NCBI GenBank assembly: GCA_012026655.1
Contig: JAAILG010000643.1
Span: 1-64,000, forward strand
From: Hydrolagus affinis
Taxonomy: Eukaryota
DNA length: 64,000 nt
Direction: 5' to 3'
A model generated the notes under the pieces. That model made no database searches. It was given only the letters and a program-made list of their open reading frames with translations, and was not told the origin of the DNA. Made by a program: the position numbers and the translations under genes. Positions 1-12,700 of this stretch are shown piece after piece. Numbering within the stretch: position 1 is the stretch's first letter; each line of letters begins with the position of its first letter.

Positions 1-556
1 GGGGGGGGGGATTTAGGATTTGTCTCGATATTAAAACCGATTGTTTTTTAAACCCCACCAACAGGTTCCTGGCACACTCGGGTGGCATTATTGTGTGCGG
101 TTATCTGAGAGATTTCCACTCTCTCTCTCTCATTCTCTCTCCATTACTGATGGCATTGAATTTCTGGCAAGCTGGTATTTGGTGTGACAAGGCTATTGGG
201 TGTTGCGGTGTACATTGCTACAGTACTACAGATATATGGTTCAGTTCTATGATTTAAAAAAAAAATATGTTGTATCTCATCTGCCGATCAGTGATTCTCG
301 ATACAGACCTTTCCTGTTCCTCTCCCGGGATGTTATCCTTTATAGTTCCTATTGTAACCGGTGTCTTCAACCCTGGATCACGATTGCCCTCCAGTTATCT
401 TTAGCACTGAGCTCCCAAACAGCGCCCAACTGGGACTAACTCAAGGCTCAGATACAGTAGCTGCTTCCGAGCCTGTCTTACAATTTGCCTATTTTGAATG
501 GGGAAGAAAGTATTGCCACAAACAGGTGTGTTACTTCTTTGTTGCAAACATTTTTT

Positions 557-593
557 AATACATATATATATAGATATATATGTATATATATAT
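557..593. repeat. Imperfect (TA)n microsatellite
   Basis: Directly visible; similar tracts near 3255-3272 and 46845-46880. Confidence 0.85.
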
Positions 594-652
594 GCATTCT
601 AATTTATTAACCACAATGACATGTGATGGTGAAATGAGTGTTTTCTTAATAG

Positions 653-793
653 ATGGCTGTCCGGATAAAGCGTCACATTTGTCTCCCTGGAATCCTGGAC
701 ACAATGAGAAGAGGAAAGTTAAAATTGGACGTGGAGTATTCCTCCGATTGGAGTCTTCAGCCTCAATGCATTCCATTATTATAGAGCATGGAG
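653..793 (+). CDS. Gene 1 exon (G8 start)
   Basis: ttaatag|AT..GAG|gtgag; [27 protein letters not shown]. Confidence 0.92.
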
Positions 794-3700
794 GTGAGCT
801 TTAGGCTACTGTGCTAGTCATTCTTTGAAACAAACAAGTAAGTCTTCCCCTCACTCCCCCCCCCCCCTCCTCTCGTCCCTTCCCCCCATCTCTAAGTACT
901 ATACTTGGCTTAGCGTTTTAAGTAGCTGTACATAGCATCACTTTGCAATTGGAGTAAATTTCACACTTTCCATGAATATATTGGATCATATCATTTACCT
1001 TCACTCACCCTACCCTTCACCGTTCCACTGATAAGCTATGTATAGATCTGATAAAATTCCAGGGAAGATGATCTGAACACGTCTGGCATTTTATCTACTG
1101 TACTTGAAGGCTGGAGGTATTAGTCAGGACGTTATTACTAAACTGAAACAAACAATATTTACATAGATCTTTTGTTAGAATATAAATGATTATGATAAAG
1201 GGGGACTTATCCATCACTTAACAATTAATTGTTGTATGTTATCAATGGTTTTTTTTCCTCCCCCTCTCCCACAGGAAAGTTAGTATTTGCAGACAATCCA
1301 AAATCTGCCATCACTTTAAGAGCCAAATATATTCTGATTAGGAATAGAGGGGAGTTGCACATTGGCTCAGAAGGTTGTCCATACAGTTCTCTTGCTATAG
1401 TCACTCTTTATGGCAAGTCAACAGAGGGATGGAATGTGGAGAATTTTGGTAAGAAATTCATTGGCGTGGACAAAGGGGGAGTTTTAGAGTTACACGGTAA
1501 AAAAAGCATGTCTTGGACATTTTTAGCCAAAACCTTGTACCCCGGAGGTTTGCAACATGGCGCTTATCGTTTTGAGAAGCAATGGGGCACTAGAGGCATC
1601 AATGCTAGGATTATAGACCAAGGCACGGGTCAAGTCCTGGCAACTGAACGTTTCGATACCCACCTCTGGGTGAACGAGAGCAAACGTTTGCAGCAGTTTC
1701 TGCTACGTCAAGCATACGGGCGAATTGTAGCTCTGGCTGTTGGCGATTCTGCAGCAAGACATTTGACTTCACAAGCTAGAACCATCATCAACGAACTACT
1801 TGGGAGCAACCAAGTGAAATCTCTTAGTTACAGGTAAGATGCGTGCAAGCTTTTCATACACAAAGTACAAAAATAATCCTCCATTATTACAACAACAACA
1901 GAAAAATTACAGTTGTCCTCCCTTTCACGTTGGGAGGACGCCCCAAGGCGCTGGATAGTCAGTGCTTCATACATAGTAATGCACAACACTGCCAAATACC
2001 ATTTTGCACATACAATGCTTATATAAAGTTATTTTTATCAGCAATTTTCTGCCTCTATTTATACCTCATTGAGTGCGCTTTACCAGTATCTGTTTCATTC
2101 TGTCTCCTTATAATCTCTTGATGCAATTCAGAATGAGCCTATTCCACTACCATTTACACATTGTTATCTACCGATCTTGGTTTCGCCAATGGAGAACAAG
2201 TACTGTAGTAGAATACTAGTGGTTGATGGGAGCATCCAAGCACCTTTACCCACTCCCTGGCCTCCTTCAAGTCCTGCCTCAAGACCCTCCTCTTTGACAG
2301 TCCCATTGGTCACCCCAAATCCCCCCCTTTCCCTCCATCCTCCATGTCCCCGACTCCAGCTTGCTTCTGAAATAATGACTGTCCAGCGCCTTGGGAATGT
2401 CCTCTTGACGTGAAAGGCGCTATCCACGTGTAATTTTGTTGTTTTTGTTTAGAATTAAGTTCACGTAGTAAAAATAGTTATTTTTAAAGAGTATGGGAGA
2501 CTATCTTTCCCACATATACTAATGATATTTAAAGCACAATCATATTGAGTGGAAGAGGGGAGAGTCTGAGCATTGAAGAGTTGATCAAAGGCAAACTCAG
2601 AGAGGTGTTGGTGGTGTAGAGAGGATGTGAACAGAAGGCTATATTTCATTCTTAGGTTTTGGTTAATTGGGAGCAAATATTAATTTCAATTTGGCAAGAC
2701 AAGTGTTTAAATCAGGAATATAATAGTACTACTAATAATAATATGGGTAGCAGAGCACATCGAGCATCTTTTCATAGTGTGCTTAAACAAAAATCATTTG
2801 GAGCATTGTACATAAACAGTTGACACAATTTTCAGTATTTATTGTTTTCTGCTGGCCTTGTTCCATGTTAATAGTGGGGCTAAAGTATTAGACGGCTTTT
2901 TATAAAACACACACTATATTGTTCACGTGTATACAAATGCAACAATGTTTTGTACAGTATTCGTAAGCTAACATAACATTTTTTTTGCAGAGAAACATTT
3001 TAACCTTAACGGGGCCACAATGTTTTCATTGAATACTTTTGGTTTTAGGCCAAAGACTTCTAAATATTACAAAGGCATATTTTTTTAGACATTACAATTG
3101 GAGCCACCATGGACAGTTCCCAATGCCCTTATCGGGCAGTTTGCCAGGTTTATTCAAAGAAATGGTTATGTAGCAAAATAAAGACTCATGATAAATAATC
3201 AACCAAATCTAATTTATGTTTACTTTCAAAAGTACGGTGTTTGCGTGTGTGGGTATATATATATATATATATCTGCATTAAATACATAACCACACATTTA
3301 ATCTTGCTGGAGATGGAAAGTAATACCAAAACTCTAAATGCAAAAAAACCTTCAGTATTCATTGGTGACCTCTTATAATCTATGTTGTGGATTTTGGTGT
3401 TCTTCAGACAACCATGGGCACTTGTCGGAGTCATTGGCGTGCACACATTATTTGTTGTGGAAGATAAACGATCCTATCAACCTAATGGGTCAACAGGCAT
3501 GGCTCTGGCAAGAAGAGACTTTCAGACACATGATGGGATTCATTTTACAGTCACCGCCTTCAGTGAGTGGCTAAAAGGTAAATTCACATCATGTTGCAAT
3601 ATTTCAACTGTACAGTTTACTATGAAGTACAACAACAACAATAACAACTGAATTACATTTATAGAACGCCTTTCACGTCGGGAGGACGTCCCAAGGCGCT

Positions 3701-6700
3701 GAACACTTAGGACCGGACCCGAGCGGGTGTGGGGAGGCCGGGGTAGGGGGAAGGAGAGTAGGAGAGGGGGTAGAGTTAGGAGGGGAGCAGAAGGCATGGT
3801 CGAAGAGGAAGGTCTTGAGACCGGCCTTAAAGGAGGAAAGGGAGGAAGCGAGGCAAAGGGATTGCGGGATGGAGTTCCAGAGTGTGGGGGCAGAGAGGTT
3901 GATAGCCCGGCCACCAATGGTAGGGCGGTTCGGGCGGGGAACATGGAGCAGGCCAATGCCCGCTGAACAGAGGGGACGGGTAGGCTGATAGGGAGACAGC
4001 AGGTCGGAGAGATAGACGGGGGCAAGGCCATGAATGGCCTAGAAAGTGAGAACAAGGATCTTGAATTCAGTCCTCTGGGGGATGGGGAGCCAGTGGAGTC
4101 GGGCGAGGGTGGGAGTGATGTAGTCGCGAAGCCTGGTACGGGAGAGAACACGAGCTGCAGAGTTCTGAATAATCTGCAGCCTGTGAAGGGAGGAGCTGGG
4201 GAGGCCGACGAGGAGTACTCCCAACAGCAGCAACAACAACCACTTGCATTTGTGCAGTGCGCTTCACGTAGGATGCTGCATTGGTGCACTTTACAAAGGT
4301 GTAGTTGGACAAGGGGGAAGAGGAAGGTGCAGGTTGGAAATCATGACTCTGCAGCTTTCCTTTTCCATTAGCAGGTGTGCCTCACTGTGGATTCCGTGTC
4401 GAAGTGTCAAATGGCATAATTCTTGATTTGATGGACAAAGCTTCAAGCTGGTTGGCTGGTGGCCGCATAGTGATCGCTAGCACGGACTATTCCATGTATC
4501 AGGCAGAAGAATTTAATCTTATTCCCTGTCCCGAATGCAACATGAACCAGGTTAAAATTGATGGTATGCAATATTAAAATTCAAATTTCTGTTGTCTTTT
4601 TTCCACAAATAATTTTAGAAATTATTTTAATTATATTATTAATTTGTTTTATTGGAAGTATGGATTTTAATAATAGACTATTTAATAGTTTTACGTCCAT
4701 AGGAAGGACCAACTGGCATGTACTATATTTTCTTCCTTACCTATGGCTTGCCTTAGGATGTCCCAACATGAAAGGCGTTATACAAATGTTGTTGTTGTAA
4801 AACAATCAATTTGTTCTTTAATACATGCAGGTAAACCTCAGTATCTTCATATGGGTGAAGTTATAGATGGAGTAGATATGAGAGCAGAAGTTGGACTGTT
4901 GAATAGAAAAATAATTATTAAAGGAGAAATGGAGGACTCGTGTTATGGACAAAACCATTGCCATTTTTTCAGCTATGATACTTTTGGAGGGCAGATAAGG
5001 GTAAGTGTTTTGCAAAGCAAATTTTTCTTTAAAGTTTTATTCCCTTTTGTTCCAATGAGTTTTACCATGTAATTAAGCTTTCCCGTTTTTTGGTTAATGG
5101 GGATAATCCTTTATAAAGAAACATTTGTTTCTGAAGGGATATCTCAATGCACAACCTCATTATTTGAATATAAAGGGAACTTGTGTTGAAAGTATGACAT
5201 TCGTAGGCCATAGTTTGAATATTTTGTTTAGTTTGAGACTGCTCATTAAAGATTATGTGTGTTTACAACAACAACAACAAAATTGTACTTATATAGCACC
5301 TTTCACGTCCGGAGGACGTCCCAAAGCGCTGAACAGTCAGGTCGGGACCCGAGCGGGGGTGGGGGAGGGTTGGGGTAGGGGGAAGAGGAAGGAGAGTGGG
5401 AAGAGTTAGTGGGGCAGCCGAAGGTAGGATCGAAGAGGAAAGTGTTGAGACTGGCCTTGAAGGAGGAAAGGGAGGAAGCAAGATGGAGGGCCTGCGGGAT
5501 GAGCTGCGTGAATGGCCTAGAAAGTGAGAACAAGGATCTTGAATTCGATCCTCTGGGTGACGGGGAGCCAGTGGAGACGGGCGAGGATGGGAGTGATGTG
5601 GTCGCGAAGCCTGGTGCGGGAGAGTACATGTGTATTGTGTATGTATTGAGTGGGTGGTTGGAATCACCAAGATGTATTGACATATCAGACATACATTTCT
5701 CATGTATTGGCACAAACTGAATAGAATGGGAATCAAACTCCCAACTCTCAAGCCTTTCCTGTTATATTTTTAGCGAGCACAATTCAGCAGTGCAAGAACA
5801 ATTCAGTATGAATGTATTGTTGGTATTTATGCCAAGTACAGTAATATGGACTTTAATGACCACAATGCTTGCCCAAATCTTACTGCCATATTATATTTAT
5901 CCAGCAGATGTCAATGTTCTGAATTTCTAACTTAAAATATTAGATTTACAGTACTTTCATTCATCACCTCAATTTCAAACACTCTTCTTGCCACTCTAGA
6001 TCCTGAGAAATTTTACCTCAGTTCACTTATCTGGTGTAGAGGTTACGAACATGGGACAACAGATCCTGGGGAGTTACCCTGTACATTTTCACCTGGCTGG
6101 AGATGTGGATCAAAGAGGTGGATATTATCCACGTACATATGTTGACAATTTAGCCATTCACCACTGCTTCTCCCGATGTGTTGCTATACACGGAACTAAT
6201 GGTTTACTGGTATGTTTTTTAAAAAAAATCTTAATAATGTTTTAAGTTTCAATGACATTTCCTTCATTTTTAATGATCCGTGTATTTGATACAGCGCTTT
6301 TCACATCTTCTAGACATCTCAAATCGCTTCACAGATTATCCTGTAATGTGAATTGACTATATTTGTGGGCAAAATTTGGCAGCCAATTACACACAGCAGT
6401 GTCCCACAAACAGTCGATTGAGTGACCAAATTATTTTTTTTTTTTTAGGGATTATTATTAGGCGTGTGGAGTAAGGAAACTTGCCCAAGGGTTCACCCTA
6501 CCGGGAATTGAACCCAAGTCTCTCGCTCCAACGACTGAGCTATAGGACTGCATTTTGGACTCCCTATGGAAGAGTAGGGATGAAACCTAAATAGAAGTTA
6601 AATCTATCTAAATTGGGGAATACAATAGAATAGTCCCATGTTTGGAATCGGCAAAATATCTTCCAGAATTTCTGTCTGTAATTTACTGTAATATCTCTTA

Positions 6701-9700
6701 CAGTAAATTACATTCTACCATCTATTTAACTGTTTATCCAGTTATTTAATGTTTATCTAGATCCTAACAGGGTGACCATTAATTATAATATAGTGACATC
6801 TTCCAGATTTAATAGAAGGGTAAAAATAATTCCAACATTCAAATGGGAAAAATTCAACAAATCTGTTGTAAGAAACGATAATTATATGCAATTCTATATG
6901 GTATCTTAAAGGTTGATTTGATATTCTCATTTGTGATTTTAAAATGTCTATAGGGTAAATGGCAGGACTCATTCTTTGAATAATTTAGCATTCTCTAAAC
7001 TAAATGTAAAACATAACTAACGTAGTAAGAAATATCAACATTTGTTTTTCATTGGAAATATTTGTGTTTGAAGTTTATTGTAAAGTAAACTCCATTTAGC
7101 CAGATCTCAAAGTTGTTTGTAATCTACACCAGTCAATCGCCACTTTTAGGAATTATCTGTTAATAATATGCCTGAATATTGAAAGATTACATTTAAGTAT
7201 AATAAATACATGTTTTATAAGGTTTTTTGAAACAAATGTAATCCATTAGTGTTAATTAGAATTAATGGTATTTACCAAGTTTTTAAGAATTTCAGTAATT
7301 TGCATGCGTCAATGGCAACTGGCAAGTTAATTTTAATTTGCAAACAATTGGAAATTAGATTCATTCTCTATCTAGGAAGCGCTCAGCTTTTTGATTAGTC
7401 TTGAATTTTTCCTTATAATCTTATTTTTAAGGTCAAAGATACAATAGGGTATGACACTTTGGGTCACTGTTTTTTCCTGGAAGATGGTGTGGAGGAGAGA
7501 AACACGCTATACCATAATCTGGGGCTTCTTACAAAGGCTGGAACAATTCTGCCTTCTGATCGCAATGAAGTTATGTGTCTAACTATTCGTGAACAAGTAT
7601 ATGGAAATTATATCCCAATACCAAGTACTGATTGCATGTAAGTTGACCATAAATTATTATTGCATTAACATCTGCTTACACAAAGGAGACAGATCTTAAG
7701 ATCTTCTACACTTGAGAAGGAAACTAGGTACAGTACTCTAGTGTTAGTTATTTATGCAAGAGGAATGGGGATTTTATATTACACTTAATGATCAAATATT
7801 ATTTTGCCACAAATGTTTTGTCCACCAGTTTTCTTCCATTGATGCTTTCCTGAAAGTATTGACACGAGCTTAGAATTTAGTTCAGAGATAGACACATCGA
7901 AGGAATCTTAAGGGAAATTAAATGGGTAATTTAAATGGACCAATGGTCAACTCCTGTCTACCATTATTACTATATATACATGCATTACTCTAAACTGAAG
8001 AGATTGATGGTTTACTTCAACCTGACATCTGCTTCCCATTTATGTTTCCTGTATGCAGTACTTCACATTTATCTCCATTTAAGTTTATTTTCTAGTGATT
8101 ACTTCAGAGGTATAACCTGTTTAAGATATTTAAGATCATGATTACCTCAGCTGATTCCTCCCCCACCATAAGTTTACACCAGAGATGTTGCAATTTATCA
8201 GTTATACAGTATAAGCCAGTCAGTTTCAACTGCAATAGCAGTGCATTGATAATAAATACAAATGACTTAAAAACTAAAAGTTCTTAAATTGCTATTTGCA
8301 GGGCTGTCACAACCTTTTGGATTGCAAATCCAAATAACAACCTAATCAATAATGCTGCAGCCGGAGCTCAGGTACAACATGTTTTACTGACTTTAAACAT
8401 GTAAAAATAATGTACCCGTTTATACGTACAGTATTAAGATATTTTTAAAAATTAAATGAGGAGGGTGGTGTGACACCTCCAACGTTTCTCACCAATTAAA
8501 TTCAAGTTGTAGACAAAAATGTGCTTTTCAGCCCTGGCCTCACCAGTCATCTCTACACGGTTAGAAACCTGTCTTTTTAATTGTTATCAAATGCCCTCGA
8601 GATGCAAGCTAATATTTGATTAGCTTTGTTGATAATAGCTTCACATTGACGGTGAGCATAATGTAGATGTTCAACAGTCACACCGAAATCCTTCTCTTAA
8701 CGACTTAATCTGTGTTGTACAGTTTAGATTTCATTATCTATCCTTATGTTTTCCCCTTCCGACCCCATCCCCAGGACGTGGGCATTTGGTACATCTTCCA
8801 CCGAGTTCCCACTGGAGATTCTGTCAACCAATATCCAGAGGGACAGACTGAGTTTACTCCCCTGGGAATATTTTATAATAACCGGGCACATTCCAATTTT
8901 AAGGCGAGTAAAGCTTTGGTACTGTGCACTCCGCGTATTCAGTTACAAAGCCTTGATGTACATTGCGGTTGAACTCGTTTAAAAAGTGATTTTAGATATG
9001 ATTGGACGGGTTGTGACAAGTTAAAATTCTTGAGAAATGGCTCATGCAAAGGAGGTAATCAGTTGTTAGTTTCACTGTTAACTGACATCATATTTATTCC
9101 TTTGTTAATCGGTGGTGTGACATTGGTAATGTTATTATTATTATTATTATATGGCAAATGTACAAAGAATGAAGCACTTTCCCAAGCTAATGTATCATTG
9201 TTCAGCCAAAGATGTCCATTGCGGAGGACCAACCAACACTGTCACAAAGCACTGAATAAGCTGCCTTCTGTGCTGTAAATTTGTATAATTCGACGTGAAA
9301 ACTTTAAAGGTAGCAAAAGAGCTGGCAAATCATTAAAATCTAGGGGTTCGAGGTGGGGGGTGGGGAGAGCAGAGATGAGGAAGTACAAAAAATAAATCTG
9401 ATCCAAGTAATGAGTAATTTCTTTAGAAGAGAAGAGGGTGGAAGAAAATTAGGGCAGAAATGATTTGGCTGGGAGTGGATTGGGGTGTTGCAATGTGTTT
9501 AAACTGTATCACGAGTGTTACATACAGTTGTGAAATTATTTGAGTTGAAGAATGCAGCCATGGGACACAGCAACCGCGCTGCCTTGCAGTGCTTTTTTTG
9601 ATACAAGAAATACACTATTTTGCAATTACCACACCCAAATTGAGATTATATGGCACTAAATCCAACTTGCTGTCAGGTGAAATTTATCTGTTAAACAAAC

Positions 9701-12700
9701 TTGCTGTGAGCTAGGCAGCTTTTAGCCGAGGAAAATGAAGCAGAAACAATAGCAGTAATTCCTGAGCACCAACAATACAGTAAATGAGCTCAGTGGGACA
9801 TCAATTTGTAGATAATAACGCAAAAAAGCAGGATTTATGTGCAAACACCTACGGTCAACTAATGCTTATTGTTACTGACATCTATTTTCTGTCTGGGTTA
9901 ACAATACTTTGGAAACGAAGAAATGGATAGTAAAACATTTTTTCTGACTGACTGCCTTTCCAGTTAGATCACAAAAAGTTGTACAGTATATAGGAAACAT
10001 TTGGGATTAAATTAGCTAATGCATTTTGCATTCGTTCATACTTTACCAAGGTGAAACATGTATGCAATAATAGCATAAGTTTGTTTCTTTAAATTAAAAA
10101 ATCTATTCTTACTGGTCAACTAGTGTTTAATTATCTTCTGACTTGTCAATTTTGGGAGGACATGTGAATACTGGAATGTTTTTTCTATGATTATTATGAT
10201 TTATTTAAACAATTGCTTATTCTTTCTCCTCTCTTTCCCCCTGCCATCCTCTAGGCTGGACTTTTTATTGGGAATGGAGTGAAAACAACAAAATCCGATG
10301 CTGAGAATCCAAGAGAGGTTTTTGCAATAGACATTGCAAGGTAATTGTAGACAATATGTTGTATTGAAACATCCCAAACAATTTCTCTTAATTTCACAAT
10401 CCGTTGGTACAGTGTTCATGAATTTTTAACATGGGTTTGGTTCATCATAAACATCTTCACCTCTTTAAGGAATGTTGCAGAGAGTAATTCAAAGATACCA
10501 TTGGAAACATTGCTACATAACAGCAAAAGACATTAAATTGTTATAGGTGTTACAATGTCCCATTCTATGTGTAAAGTTCCTGTGAAATTGATAGCCGGTC
10601 ATGACTGCCATCACAAAGGAGAGTACCAGTGGGTATGTAGCCTCAGCATGAGTTTTCACTGAGGAAAGACCACGTCGATCTCTCTGCCCCTACACTCTGG
10701 AACTCCATCCCACAGTCCCTTTGCCTTGCTTCCTCCCTTGTCTCCTTCAAGGCCAGTCTCAAGACCCTCCTCTTCAATCGTGGCTTCTGCTGCCCTCCCA
10801 ACTCTCTCCCTCCCCTCCTAGCTCTTTCCCTCCCCTCCCCCTAACCTGCCCCTCCCCCTTGCTCGGGTTCCGACCTGACTGTTCAGCGCCTTGGGACATC
10901 CTCCCAACGTGAAAGACGCTCTATAAATGTAACTGATTGTTGCTGTGTGCATACACTGGCAAATGATAGCATTGTAGGAACACGCTAAACTGACTAATTT
11001 ATTCTATTTTTGTGACACTTCTGGACTTGTAAATGAGTCAGCTCCTGAACAGGTAAGACAAACATTTGGTAACAAGTACTGGAGAAAATCCCAAACCCTT
11101 CCTCCCACGGACCTCTAAACATATTATTCTCATTTGATCTTGAGTTCAATTGCTTTTAGTAGCGCAAAATACTTGAGATCTCTGTGTGTTTTCATAGATT
11201 TTAAAACTGTCCATATCTGTGGAATAAAATGAAAGGTGTAATGTTATTTAATTCACAAAACACAAGGTAGATTCACTCAATTCTTTAATGCAAACTTTAC
11301 AAGGCACATTCTTTCAAATCAACTTCTTTCACACTCTCCTTCAAATCTGCAAGGCACTCTTTCCAGAATCCTTTTATACTTGCACATTCCATAATCACTT
11401 ATGTCGTTAAAGCAAATACGCAACAAAAGATGGGAGCAAGTGTTTAGTGTGTCATAATCTGGCCTCTCGCCCCTGAGATCTGGATTGATGTTAAGCTCAC
11501 ACTAATGAGTCCAATGCAAATGGATTTCAATACAGTTTCTTGTTCCAATATATGCAAATACTGTATTACCACTAAATTGTCAATCTGCTACAGAATGATG
11601 GCATGGGAACAGAATATATCACACGCACCCGATGTTGTGCCCTAGTTTACGCAGTTACTCTGCCTCTCATTCTAGTCTCTCTAACCAGGAAGTACTGCAA
11701 ACTGACACCACATCCCTGAAATAGGAAAGCACACCTTGTCCATTTGCGAAAAGCTTATTCAGCCGTACATTTAAAGCAGATTTTACATTTATAAAGCTCC
11801 TTTCACATTGGGTGGGATATCCCAAGGCGATGGTCAGTCAGGGATTTGGACCAGACATCATTTAAGATACTGAAAATTGTATATTAATGCATCAGATTGT
11901 AATATTTAGCTGTCTGCTCCTGCTGCGGTTTGGGTTCTTATGTTATTAAATGCTTAAGGGATTAGACGAGAACCTTGGAGTTTTGTTTGACCCTCAACTG
12001 CCCTTTCTACCCCATATCAACTGCTTGTCTGCCTCCCCAATTCTCCCTCCATAGGTTGCAGATCATCCAGTACTCTACAGCCTGTGTCTTCTCCCACACC
12101 AGGCTCTGCAACCTCATACCCCATCCTCGCTCAACTCCCCTGGCTTCCCATCATAAAGAGGATACAGTTCCTGTTATTCATGATCAAAGCTCTCCTTGGC
12201 TTTGTTCCCTTCTACCTCTGTGACATACTAACCCCCCCGTCCCACCATCCTGCCTGCTCTCTCCGCTCAGTGGACTCTGGCATGCCTTAATATCTCCTGC
12301 CTCGTCCGCCCCACCATTGGCAGGTGGGCTTTCAACCACTCTGCCCCACCTTCTGGAACTCCATCCCACAGTCTCTCCACTTCATCCTCTCCCTTGCCTC
12401 CTCCAAAAAGCATCTCAAGGACCCACTCTTCAATGGTGCCTTCGGTTTCCACCCTCTCTGATCCCAATTCTCAGCTCGAGTCCGAAACCCTGATTGTCCA
12501 GTACCTTGGGACATTATCCCAGCTTGAAAGGCACTGTACAAATATAATTGTTGTTGAAAGTACATGCTATTGACCGCCGGGTCTGTTTCCAAGATAAATC
12601 TTTCATATGACTGCAAGAGAACTAACCATCTGGTTTGTATCTTTGACATAGGTTTCGTCCACATCAGGATGCTGATCCAAGAAAGCCTCGAGTTCCTGCC

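Noticed and set aside
3540-4289. 249-aa minus-strand ORF and other Pro/Ser-rich ORFs (5263-5751, 32539-32880)
   Set aside because: They are alternative frames of GC-rich L2 fragments, not independent genes.
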